Shown here: positions 38,900-51,869 of the stretch, one piece after another | Layout: each line of letters opens with the position of its first letter | How positions within the stretch are numbered: the first letter of the stretch is position 1 | Assembly (NCBI GenBank): GCA_951406725.2 | Contig: OX597814.1 | Location: 94,488,001 to 94,552,000 of the forward strand | Length of the DNA stretch: 64,000 nt | Reading direction: 5' to 3' | DNA from: Octopus vulgaris | Taxonomy: Eukaryota | Translations under genes and position numbers: made by a program | The notes under the pieces: model-generated | The model's input: only the letters and a program-made list of their open reading frames with translations | Told to the model about the DNA's origin: nothing | Databases searched by the model: none

Positions 38900-41750
38900 A
38901 GACAAATAAAATTAAGAACAACTGCAAAAAATTCAGTGTAAAGTGGGAAAGTAATATTTCATGCATATGTGTTTTATCTCCTCTCCCACTTGGAAATGGT
39001 ACGATGCGGCCCCCATTTGACGAAAAGTTGCCCTCGTTCTAACACATTTCAAAATCCGAATCTCCTTTTCTTTGAAGGTCTCTTGTCTGCAGCAGTGTTT
39101 CAAATTCTTACCAGGCGTACAACTTCAAGTCGTCCATGACAAACGATGGTCGATTATCGTACCAAGTTATTGTGCTCAAATCCAGTCCTGTTTCAAAAGT
39201 CGGTTAAAGTGTTAGCGTCTCAAGTAGAGGAGGTGTGTAGTAGAATCTCGATGAAGTAGGCCTTTTCAAATAGAGGACGGAGTAGATTTACAATTCCTTC
39301 TCTTCTTTCAGTGTATGTAGAATTGCTTACCATTTACTAATGACACGTTTAATGTATCAGCATATGATTGGTTCGGCATGACTCATGGCTAATATTTTGA
39401 GGACGCATATGTGGGGAATACTACCAAATGTCTTCGGGTAGTCAATCTATAGCATTCAAAATTATCGTTCTATCGTTCTCCAGTTAGAAATTTTACTTAT
39501 TGCCTTCTTGATAAGTAATTGGTCACCACAACCACATGGACCTTTTCATAATCTTTGCTCTTCAGAAAAATAATGTTTTATCCAGATGTTTATTTATCCC
39601 CTCCAGTATTATTGCAATGAAAGCTTCACAACTTGTGTAAAAGTATGTTATAGATTGTAGTTTTCATGTTTAATAGTCTTAGGTATTAGAATGAGTCACC
39701 TCAGCAGCATATTCGCGTCTTGTTCCTCTTTGTCAAAATTTTATTAAATTGTTGTGCAATCACCTTATATGTTCCTGGTAAATAAATATACTTGGGAAGA
39801 GGTAGGTGTCCGAGGGTAAAAGGTAGGTGCTTCATCTGAGCTGCCAAGTTTGTGACTATTTTGCTCCCTCCCACATCCTTGATGGTGCGGTAAATGTGAG
39901 TCAATTTCTGCAGCTGAACAGGACGAAACCCTGAAGTATCGAAACCTAGCAGTGAACTATTTCTCTCAGCCTGTGATGCTTGAGACATTTAAAGGGGCCG
40001 AGCCATCAACAACGAGGTTCTTCTCATCCTTGGCGGTTTGCCTTACCGAGGCATCAGGTGAGCCCGTGAGAGGGATTGGCTTTTCCAACACCTTAGCCTC
40101 GTGGTGATGCCGTGAGCGTGTTGGCTTTCTTCAATAAGTTCCGTTGAACCTTGTGGTGTGCGACCAATTCAGGTAATTGGTGCTGCATTGATGCTTTTCT
40201 TCTCAATTTTTTTTCGTTTGTTTTTTTAAATACATTCTTTTTCACTGAATTATTGGGAATTGTAACAATTATATTATATTATATTATATTATATCAACGT
40301 CGTCAATCAAAACAAATATACCTAGTATAGTACAATCCTTTTGCAGTCTAACCTTCTGATGTCGTCTCACTGGTATTTTTTCAGCAGTAGCTATCTTGTT
40401 TGTATTATTATGGTCTCCCACGAACAGTCTATTCTCTATTCAGTGTTATGAACATTCTAGACTGCAGTGATTTATTTCTTACCCATTCAATTTATTTTTT
40501 ATTTTTTGTTCACCCCCAACACACACACACCTTTTTTTTTACAAATCTCGGTGTTAGTACAGCAATAATTCCTATTTTGTTGTTAACTATTCCTTGATAA
40601 TAACATATTCCGGTGGAGTCAAACAGCTTGTTTACTTCAAAGAATCCTAGAATCATTGTTGCTTTTCATACAGACGAATTCTTTGTGATTCAGCGAGAAT
40701 CGCTTATTTCACGCATTCTTATAATTTTTGTTCTTTTTTCTTTAGTCTTTTCTATATTTTCAGGTTTGTCTTTTCTTTATTAACTTCATTACGGATTTAG
40801 TTGTCTTTTATTTTATTTTCCATGCTTTTCTGAATTACTTTTCGTTTTGTCTGCTTGCGTTTCGATAATCCTATATAAGAAGATTTGAGAGAGAGGAGTT
40901 CCCATTTTCCTTTGTAAATAGAGTAGCTGCTTCATATATATTATTTCTCTTATGTCAGAGACAGACAAGTATTTTTTTCTATTATTTCATTATCTATATT
41001 ATTATTCTTTTTATTATTTTTGCAAATTTGCTGTTAGGTTAGAAGTTTAGGAGGTATTTTCGCAGGTATAAAAGATCTATACTTTAAAATTTTTAATCAT
41101 TTCCAGTTTTACATCGACATTTCCCTTTTAGAAGTTTCTATTCCTAAATCTTCTGTATATTGACGTATTCATGTTCTTGTCTAGGCTGAGGTTTTTATTT
41201 ATCCGTATACTTAAAGTGTTTTTAAATATTTTTCTCATTTCTTCGTGCTTTTTTCTCGCGAGAAAAAAGCACGAAGAAATGAGATTTATCTATGTAATTT
41301 ACATGCTCACAATGCTTTCTTTTTCTTGTTTTCCATTTCTTATGTTGTCCTGTTATATATTATTTTCTTGTGTTCTACTTTAAGGATTTAATTTTTAATT
41401 TGGTAATGTATCGGTTTAAGTTAGATATTCTGTTGGATTCCAACGTTACGTTTAGATCCGGGTATTTTCTCTCCCCAATTTCCACGTGAATATTGTCATT
41501 GTATTTGATCATGTATCGCTCTACATAAATTGTACATGTAAATTAGAAACATAATCCTCTCTTGTCCATTTACGGATTTTCTCTCTCATTTTTTCAGCTA
41601 GGGCAATACTGCCGCACGCTTGTTTCCATTTCCGTCGGATACTGATATTTGTTTTGGTTGATGTCAAGTTTTGCGCACTCAATTTTTCGTTCTTTTTCTA
41701 CACCATATTCAAGCATGTCAAACATTTATTCTCTTATCAGTGTACTTGGA
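38900..41750 (-). pseudogene. Long decayed R4/Dong-clade retrotransposon (N-terminus through RT), interrupted at about 39800-40250
   Basis: Minus-strand motifs in the expected order: KWTREDY, LESNRISNLNRYI, QRIRLYEK..VNKLF, ILIPK, FSEEQR..CGDQLLIKKAI, IDYPKTFGSIPH, MDDLKLYA. Confidence 0.8.
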
Positions 41751-42501
41751 CTGAAAGATACCATTTCTATTTGTAATATCAGTCATTTTTTTCTGAAATA
41801 AAAGGAAGGAATCGGTCAAATGTTTATATGAACAGCTGCTTGATATTTTGTTTACAGTTATCATGAGCGTTTGTTACACTTTAGTTTCACAAGCTTGAGA
41901 TCAATAAATATTACACTTGCTACTTATAGAGCTATCCGTCAATGTCTTTGTTTTGTATCCGACTTCATAATTTTCTGCGAAGTCAGACAGTGTTCTCTCA
42001 TGCTAAATGCCCCATCATGATCATTATTATTGTTGCTGTTGTTGTAATTGTTGTCGTAGTTGTTGCCATTATACTTTCATTTCCGAAAACTGTTAACGTA
42101 TTCTTTTTAATTAATATTTCCACGTAAATGTTTAAATTCATCATTTTTTGGTATTTCTATTATTGTTGTTACTGTTGCTGTTTCTGTTTCTGATAGTGAT
42201 TACCAATGTCATGTTGTAATATTGAATATGATTTCCATACATTGGTCATAGAATTTTAATTACAAAATGTATAATAGCAATTTTCTTTTCTTGTCTTCAC
42301 GTCTTTTTATATATTAAAAAAAAGGTAATTCCATTTCAATTACTCAATGTAATTTAGTTTTATTAAAAGTTATAACTTGCCAGTCAATTCAGAGTTTTAA
42401 AAAACATCATATTACTGTTCGAAGTTCTACAATGTTTTCATTGAATCATTGTGTATTTCATTGAGAAAGTTACTTTTTTTTGACGTGTCATAAGAAGACA
42501 A

Positions 42502-42553
<52 letters not shown>

Positions 42554-45107
42554 AAAAAATTATATTAACTAGAATTGTTAATATATTCCTAAATAACGGC
42601 TTCGTTTTTCAAAAGGTCACAATAAACCGCCCTTTCAGTCAATTTATTCATGATATTTATGTTGATGTTGTTCTTTTTAATTTCTTTTCTAAATTATGAA
42701 GAAATTCTGTTTCCAATACCATAAGAAGATTTTTGTTGATAGCATGTTGATAGAGAGAAAAATATTATATAGTGTTGTAGAAAATTACGTGTTCGTTATC
42801 CGAAATTAAAATCCATCAGATTTTATTCATATTTTTCTTTCGTATTCACTTCCGATTATTATTACTTTATTTTTTTATCTTGCATTTTTTTTTTGTCACC
42901 GTCTCTCTTGTTTTGCGATTGATTCTCCCTCCACCTTAAAATTTCAAGGGTGCGCGTGTAAAACTCCATTAGATTTATGAGAAAAAATATTTTTTCCTCT
43001 TACAACCGACTACAGTTAACATATGTTTTCCAAGCTCAATATTTTGACTTAACTGAATTTTAATAATGTCTACAGCAGTTTTCTCATTAAATTTCCGATA
43101 CAAGACTTTGAGTGAACATGGCAGATGCTGTCTAAAATAAACAAACATAGAAGTGTAATATGTCCGATTTCTATTTTGCTCTTGCAAGTACTTCTAATTG
43201 ACTATATTTGTATCCAGATGTTTGCAATAGCAATTTATAGAAAGAATAGAGGCCTGCCAAGTGGAGAGTCTAGTTTCGATATCTAGTCGATGTGCTTTAT
43301 GCTTTATGCTTTAGACACAGTCGTGGCCGTGTAGTAAAGAAGTTCTTTCCTCTTCATTTACCAATCACTGTTCTGTTCTTTCCTTAAATGACAGCCGACC
43401 AGGGCATTCTTCATTTAGATATGAATCTAAGCATTTGATTTTCAATAGACCTTTTGCATACACATACATACACATACATAGACATGCATACACAAGGGTT
43501 CACACTTTTCGATGAGTGCTGAATTTGCGTATTCAATTCTGAATACGTTGATGAATGAACACATCTCAGTCTTTGGTGCATAGCTTACGTCATAAACGGG
43601 TCTTATAAATGTCTGGTTACAGAAACCAACTTGTAACACTACGTGCTGCCATTTTTATCGCGTCTCCAAACAGATTTGTACGCATTTCTCCATATGTCAA
43701 ACTCATTTTCAGACCAAACTCTATGTAATGTCTCAATCATATCTATAAATAAATATTGTTTTATAGTCTGATGGGTCTATGATAACGGGACTTTGAGTGT
43801 ATTTGAATGAGTATCAGTCGCATATTTCATATAAACATGAAATACACATCACTACCGACAAAAAAGTTCGATAAAAGCTAGATATATATCTATAAATATT
43901 TGTGTGTATGCCTTTGTGTATGTGTGGATGGCGCATGACTTGATAATGTTAAAAGAGAAATAGATATCAGAAAATATTTTGTCTGTTAGTTACATAAACG
44001 AATGGATATGATAAGACATTTACGAAAAAGACCGTTTCTAATAGCCTGCTGGTTGATAGGAGATAATGTAATCAACTGATTCACCCACAACATATAACTG
44101 GTGCTTATATGAAATTTGAAGGTTGTAAGAGAATATTAACACTATTTGTATTCGAACGTAACTATAAGAAACTAAGCACTATAATATATGGCATCCACTG
44201 TTTCACCATTTTTATTATTTTTTGCTATATATTTCCAGCAATGTAGCAAATAACTGGATTCTTTCACAAGATAACTATTGCGTCTTCTGTTTACTTTGTT
44301 CGAATATTTTTTTCTACAAAACAATATGGCAATGTAAACACACACGTAAACCTCTTTAAATTGAACATTCAGATTATTCAGTTCACTCCATCTTTGCTCT
44401 GATTTATTACATTCCGAGTTTAATTACAATTATAGCTTTCATGACTAAACAAAATATTTGCAAACTATTAAGCGATTACAGCAGAAGTATCTTTTTGTTT
44501 TCAGCTTTTCGATTTTAATGAAAACTCACTTCTGAAGAGACAGATTTATATTATCCTCTATCGTTATCAATCTGCTGCGAAAGTTAGTTTAATTGCTTCA
44601 GCTGAGTTAGATTTCAGGGTTTGATTGAATAATTAAAAAAATGATAACTATTCGTTTCGAATTTTTATATCGGTTCATAAGAGATTAAAAGTGATAGAGA
44701 TTTTAAATCCTTCAATTAACTGAAGCTTCTAATATTTAGACTTGAAAACATTCTTAACTCAGCGTGGCATTTATGTTTGTATGCAGAAAATCTTTTTCCT
44801 TTATGCTTATTTTTTTACCCAAGTTTACCAAGCAAATACGTTTTATTATATTTCTAACATTTTATCAACATTTTTTCTCTCTGTGTAATTTTATAGGAGC
44901 GATTGATTTGAGATCATTTGAATATTGATTTATTTTTTCATTCCTTCTAGGCATCACATTTTTTTTTATATCTGAGCTGAAATGAAATGGTTCAAAATTC
45001 ATGCCTTTCTGAAGAGTGAGGATGACGTCAATGAATCGAAATAGGTTCAACCGAAAATCAAAACTTGATTGTAGAAGAATATTCAATGTACACACACACG
45101 CACACAC

Positions 45108-45165
<58 letters not shown>

Positions 45166-45167
45166 AA

Positions 45168-45235
<68 letters not shown>

Positions 45236-46132
45236 AGAGAGAGAGAGAAGAATCAGAGCAATATCGTACGAGTTTATATATTAGAGAATGTTATTAGAAA
45301 AGGTTCAGTGTCCTCATAATAGTTTTCTTTTTCACTTAGTTTTCATGCGCTAAACTTCATAAGTGTTAGTCTTTAAAAATCTATTTCAAAATCTGTTTTT
45401 TTTTTTAAAAGATTCATTTTTATCATAAGCTTCCAAAAAATATACATAAAGTGACAAATTTATTAATGTATACGATTAAGTAAAATAATATCTAAAAATA
45501 TACAGAAAACAGCAAACTCACAAGAATATTGATCTGCCTCACATAATAGTGGGATCAAACCTAATTCTAGTCAACCGTAATAATAGTGGTGAATAGGTCA
45601 TGACTTCAAAAGACAAGCAATTAACACAATCTTCTACGAGCAAGTTACTTTAGCTTTCTTGTTACTTGTTACAGAATTCAACTGAGAGAATGCTTCGTTG
45701 AACCTTTCCTATTGCATCTCTTTTGTCTGACATTTAATAATAACTTAAAGTGCTTCAATCGAAGAATTTTCGTTTGTTCAAATGAAGATTTTGTTCAAGA
45801 TATTCTTGTAGCTGAGCAATTCGCTAACGAATAACTACGTTTACTTTCTTTTTGTTAATGCATCACGCCATCGTTCTCTTTCTGTTTCTCTCTCTATTTC
45901 TCCAGCTTTCTCTCTCTCCGTTTGTCTCTCTCTCTACTCCCGTCTCTATCTATCTGTCTACGTATTAGTCTATTTCTTTTCACTTTTTCCCACAGCATCA
46001 TAATTTATATCCACTCACATAAGCACACCTATATATAATGAATATCTAAACGTGCACACATACGCACACATAACTGCAAATATGTGTGTGTACATATATA
46101 TTTACATAACATATATTATACATATCTGTATG

Positions 46133-46169
<37 letters not shown>

Positions 46170-46363
46170 GAATAAATTTTATAATTAATAAATTTATCAA
46201 TTATAAAATTTTAATAAACTTTTATTGATTAGCCATATAACGGCTTTATTGCTTGCTGGCCACTAATATTATTGTTGTTATTATTATTAATTATTTATAT
46301 ATTTGCTGCAAATGATGAAATTAATAATGATATGTAGGTGAATATTAATTCGAATATTTACTC

Positions 46364-46405
<42 letters not shown>

Positions 46406-46407
<2 letters not shown>

Positions 46408-46570
46408 CGCAGGAGTGATTGTGTGGTAAGTTGCTTGCTAACCAACCACATGGTTCCGGGTTCAGTCCTACTGCGTGGCATCTTGGGCAAGTGTCTTCTG
46501 CTATAGCCCCGGGCCGACCAAAGCCTTGTGAGTGGATTTGGTAGACGGAAACTGAAAGAAGCCTGCCGTA

Positions 46571-46633
<63 letters not shown>

Positions 46634-46847
46634 TTGTGTGTCTGTGTTTGTCCCCCTAGCATTGCTTGAAAACCGATGCTGGTGTGTTTACGTCCCCGTC
46701 ACCTAGCGGTTCGGCAAAAAGAGACCGATAAAATAAGTACTGGGCTTACAAAGAATAAGTCCCGGGGTCGAGTTACTCGATTAAAGGCGGTGCTCCAGCA
46801 TGGCCGCAGTCAAATGACTGAAACAAGTAAAAGAGTAAAAGAGTAAA
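46406..46847 (+). mobile_element. Full-length tRNA-derived SINE (family A) with internal (TA)n(TG)n tract
   Basis: A-box-like tgattgtgtggt, B-box ggttcagtcc, CORE-like cttgggcaagtgtctt, 3' (GAGTAAAA)n tail, flanked by (TA)n. Confidence 0.9.
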
Positions 46848-46878
<31 letters not shown>

Positions 46879-46899
46879 AAGAGAGAGAGAGTAAGAAAA

Positions 46900-47745
46900 T
46901 GGGAGGACGAGAATTTCTATTATCTCCACGTGGTGTGTTGTAAAAATTATATACATAAAATAAAATAAGGAAAATGCATACAGTTTACATAGTTTTACAA
47001 TATTTTTTAAAGTATAAGTGAAAGACTATTGTGTTTGTCAACCGATTTCGCTCATCATGACATGGAAAATATTGTAATTTCGTATTTTCCCCCAAAATAC
47101 TTTAGCCCATGTTGTATTTAGGAGTTTGTGAATGAAATAAATAAGCAAGTAGAAAAATCTAAAGGGAGGTAATTGGTACTCGTTATTATTTGGGACAGGG
47201 TAGGTAATTGCTCATATTTTGAGGAGGGGATAAATAAATATACAAAAACTCAAACGATTAAGGAGTGAGATGAAGTATTTACAGTGATGGATATATGAAC
47301 ATGAATTAAAATATATACTGAGACCAAAGTTGGTTCTGCGTTCATATTTAGACGTGTTCTGTATTTCTCCATAAATAAATTTTCTTTCTTTAAACGTTCT
47401 TGTACAGAAATTGTTTCATTGCAGTGATAGATTGGGAAAGCTCTGAAGTTTTTTTAAATATTACCTGCACATTCCTCTATATAGTCATTCAAAGGAATCT
47501 GCCTGTATTGTGGGTAACGGATTTGTTCTTTATATAGTGTGGTGCTCCGTCTAAGTAACATACTACCCTGTTCTATATAGTTATGTCCACAATTTGAACA
47601 AGTTATAACATAAATTAGATTCTCAAAAGCACAAGTAAAGTTGGTTTTAATTGTGAACCTCTCTTCTTGTTTGAATGGGAATCCCGAGCTTCCAACAGGT
47701 TGGAGCATGTTCCACAGTTTGGGCGTCTAAATTTTTTAACCAGTG
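46900..47745 (-). pseudogene. Penelope-like element 3' fragment: Cys-rich linker and GIY-YIG endonuclease, followed by 3' non-coding region
   Basis: RRPNCGTCSNLL; NFTCAFENLIYVITCSNCGHNYIEQ (GIY-YIG-like); ERLKKENLFMEKYRTRLN; degenerate hammerhead at 47036-47062. Confidence 0.85.
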
Positions 47746-48689
47746 GGAAAACAATGTTAATTTCTTCCTCAGTTACGAACCTCAGTTTAAAAGTGACCAA
47801 TATTTACAACTTCTGTGAATACCTACCCTCTCCTTTCTCTCTGAGTGTTTGAAAGCGTGAACATCTTTTTTATTCTAAGAATAAAACAGGTTTCTCTGTT
47901 TGGACATGCAAAATCTTTAGCAAATTTTGAAACTTTAATATCTGCAACTTTCTGCGAGAATTTTACTTTACTTTTCTTTTCTTTCCTTTCTTCCTGTGTG
48001 TTCGAAGATGCTTACATTCTTTTTATTGCAAAAACACTACAGGCGTCTCTGATCGGACGTACAAGCGAGCATCTCTGGAAGATTTAGGGACTTTAATATC
48101 TGCAATTTTGCGTGAAAGTTTTGTCTTTCTTTTCTCCTTGACTGCTCGAATACGCAAACATCCCTTTTGTTGCCATAACGCAATTGAATGCACGTTGAAA
48201 AAAGTTAAGGAGGTAGGTACCTGTCAAAATGTACAAGCTGCACAATTGCAGGAACTGCGAATCGCAGCAAAACTTGTAAAAAGAAAGGAAAAGAAAATTC
48301 AGAAATTCAAAAATTCAACGATGTGAACATCAGTATATATATATATAATTATTTTCTATCAGTAATTAAAAATAGAACAAGGTGAATTGGTTCTTTTCAA
48401 GGCCGAGGTCAGCATACTAATTAATCGGTAGTTGTAGTCAACAAATTTGACCTCTGCTGACCCCAAATGAGTGAGGCCTCTTTTGTCTACTTATCGCACA
48501 GGAATATCCGTTGTTTGCATTCTCACCATCAGCCGAATCTATTTACAGACCTGTAGGATTTGATCTATTCATTAAGCTGCTTCGCTTCCTCCTACTATTC
48601 CCTTCAAACCCCACATATTTATGATTATCTCAAGTACAAAACAAGAGTTGAAACTAAACAGGATTTCATAACTTTTAATAATAAATGAC

Positions 48690-48912
<223 letters not shown>

Positions 48913-49149
48913 TTAAACCAAAACTCATGTTGGATCAGAGGAAATAACAATGACAAATAGTAAAAACATGAAAATAATAATACCAGTTATAATAATAATA
49001 ATGAAAGGAAGCGGTTGGAATCTCTCCATGTCCTAATTGATGATACATCTAGTGATGGTGTCACAATAAAAACACTGGTAATTGCGCAACCTGATAATCA
49101 TTACCGCATATGAGTGTCAATGAAAAAACAAAACATTGTTAATAACGGT

Positions 49150-49520
49150 GGTTATGAAACTGAAGCCCTTGATTGTGACAGTTTGGCACCTGGCAGGCTC
49201 AGAGATACTGGTCCAACTCCGGCATGTCGTTATCCAGCAAGAGACCAGCACACAGCGTAGATGGAACAAACAAGCCAATGCTGTGGTCATGGAGTGTTAC
49301 TATATGAGCAACCCAGTAGATGAAAATGGCGTACACATTAGGGGAAACCGATGACGGATGTATGATCAATAGAGAGGGAGTGGATTGTTTCAAATCACGG
49401 AACAGAGATTATGTGATCAAGATAGAGCAATAAGAAAAAATCGCTGGTTCATAGAAGCAGAGCTCATATGTATCAAATGGCGGGTATTGGAAAACAGCAG
49501 CAACAGAGTGAACGAGTGAA
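49150..49520 (+). pseudogene. R4/Dong-clade N-terminal region fragment
   Basis: RRWNKQANAVVMECYYMSNPVDENGVHIRGNR*RMY...ITEQRLCDQDRAIRKNRWF.EAEL; lies just downstream of the long (TAA)n tract. Confidence 0.8.
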
Positions 49521-50109
49521 AATACAATTCTTACTGCTAAAAGTATTCTCATAGAAGAAAAAAAGCGTGCATTTAATAAGAATTATATTTGAAGATAACT
49601 AAAATTATTCCAACATTGACACGAAACCTTGACGATAGATTTTGTTTGCAAACATTTCGTTGTGAATATTCTGCGACATTTACCACAATTTTCATAAATA
49701 TTTTATCGCATGAATTGATATTAAAAAATGGCGTAAATGAACGAATGAGTAGAGCTGAGCTGAAATCTGGCAAAGAAGCTATTGTCATTTATTTATTATA
49801 TTCATTCATTTATTTATTAGTTATTTATTCGCTTATTTATTCACTCTTTTCTGGATGAATTAAGCAATCTGCAAATCATATTATCAACGATTTGGAGAAC
49901 GTCCATTTATTTGATTGACTACATAGTCTACTTGAAGATTATGGTGACGAAGGAAATGTTACTGAAGGCAACGTGAATGTTGATAATGATGCTTGACAAT
50001 GACAATAATGAAAACTAGGACTGCGATGGTGATGCTGATGTATTTGCTGCTGCTCCTGCTGCTGCTGTTTTTGCAGTTACTGAAGCTTCTACTATTATGG
50101 TTCCTGTTA

Positions 50110-50220
50110 TTGTTGATGATGATGATGATGATGATGATAGTGCTGGTGGTGGTGGTGGTGGTGGTGGTGGTGGTGGTGGTGGTGGTAGTGGTGGTGGTGG
50201 TGGTGGTGGTGGTGGTGATA
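50110..50220. repeat. (GAT)n followed by (GGT)n microsatellite
   Basis: Direct reading. Confidence 0.95.
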
Positions 50221-51189
50221 GTGAGCGCCATGATGAAGGTAACAGAGAAGATGATGATGACTTCTCTGACATAGCTTTTATTGTAAAATGCGTAGAAAAA
50301 ATTATGTTCCTTTTTACATTATTACTTTATACTATGTGCTGCTTAATCTCACATTAATATTCCAAACGCCACCAGAAAGGACTCTGAGTTTCTATTTGTA
50401 CTTTAGTTCCATTATATATCCGTTTTCTTCTTTTTATATTTTTCAAAATGTGAAAGGAATATTTATGTAGAATTTAATTACGAAGATTAAGAATGTCTGT
50501 GAAAATTATCAAAGTAGTTTTTACAAGTTGCCATAAGTTTACAAGCATAATGTCGGCCTATTTGGTTATATAATGGTAATTTTGTACATGACCAAAGCTA
50601 AATTTGTTCAGTTTCTTTGCCTTGATATGATACGTAGATATTTTAACAGAATAAACTATTTTTTATCAATATCAATTGAAAGTTCTAAAGAAGGGTGGTG
50701 AATTTCGGAAAGAAAATTGTCTTAAGATTTAGGATAGATATTAAAGTTAGAAAAGAATCTGATATGTTACTTTTTATGCAATGTGTGATATCACCATGCG
50801 TAACATCGGAAAACTATATTTACTATTCCATACAATATGGACGCCAACATATTATGATAAGAGGTATTGTAATCTGGGTTACTCCGAAAACGTTTCTCAT
50901 TCTCATAAAAGTGATATTATGAAGAATGATGGAGAATGAATCCTTACGTTAAACTATTTTATTTTAATTTGTTGTACTTTTACTTGTTTCAGTCATTGGA
51001 CTGCGACTATGCCTTCTGCAGTTTGTCGTACAAATTACACTTAATATTTAAATCAGGTACTTGCTGGGTAGCTTACTCTTTTGCGAGATTGCCATATTAC
51101 AAGAGCGTCAACAAACCAAAATCGGTTGTCAAGAAGTGGAGTAACGAATACAAACACAGAGACAAATACATACACTGGCAAATGCACAT

Positions 51190-51220
<31 letters not shown>

Positions 51221-51833
51221 CACACACATATGTATTTATATGTAAATGTGCGCATCTACACGACGAATTTCTATGAAATCGAATGCGTATTTAAAAATAC
51301 TATGACCACGGGTTCTCGAAACATGAATGATGTATCTCAGTTTAATCAGGGAACCAACCATATGAACATATATTTTCTACATAAAGGAAAGCTTGCTAAT
51401 ACTTCTTCCGATCAATACTTGGTCAAATATTTCTGTTGTAGTTAAGTATTCGTGATTGTTGATCTTGTTATTTTTTCGAAAACGATAAAATATATTTTGT
51501 GAATCAATTTTTTTTAATTTCTCCCTAATGAGTTACTATTAATAGAACATTAATGTAGTCTTACGAAACCACTAATAAATATCTTTTTGCAAAATCTTCT
51601 GACGTCTTAAGATTTTGAATAATATTCAAGGTTTGCCTTTGCTCCAACATTGTTGAATTTGTACTCCAGAAAACTGTAGGAGTTTATTAAGAAAAACATG
51701 ACATTGACAAAAGAGAAAACTGAGGATATCTGGTCGATAAGGTATTATATTGTAACAATACATACATAAATATGTACGTACAAACACATCTATATGTGCT
51801 TGTATATAAACGTGTGTGTGTACATACATATTG

Positions 51834-51869
<36 letters not shown>

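Noticed and set aside
39331-39446. Apparent minus-strand exon with good splice signals
   Set aside because: Translates to IDYPKTFGSIPH..., part of the R4 reverse transcriptase relic, and contains a stop.
49959-50357. Poly-Gly/Asp, poly-Pro and poly-Thr ORFs resembling low-complexity protein regions
   Set aside because: Derived from (GAT)n and (GGT)n repeats open in several frames; no flanking domain.
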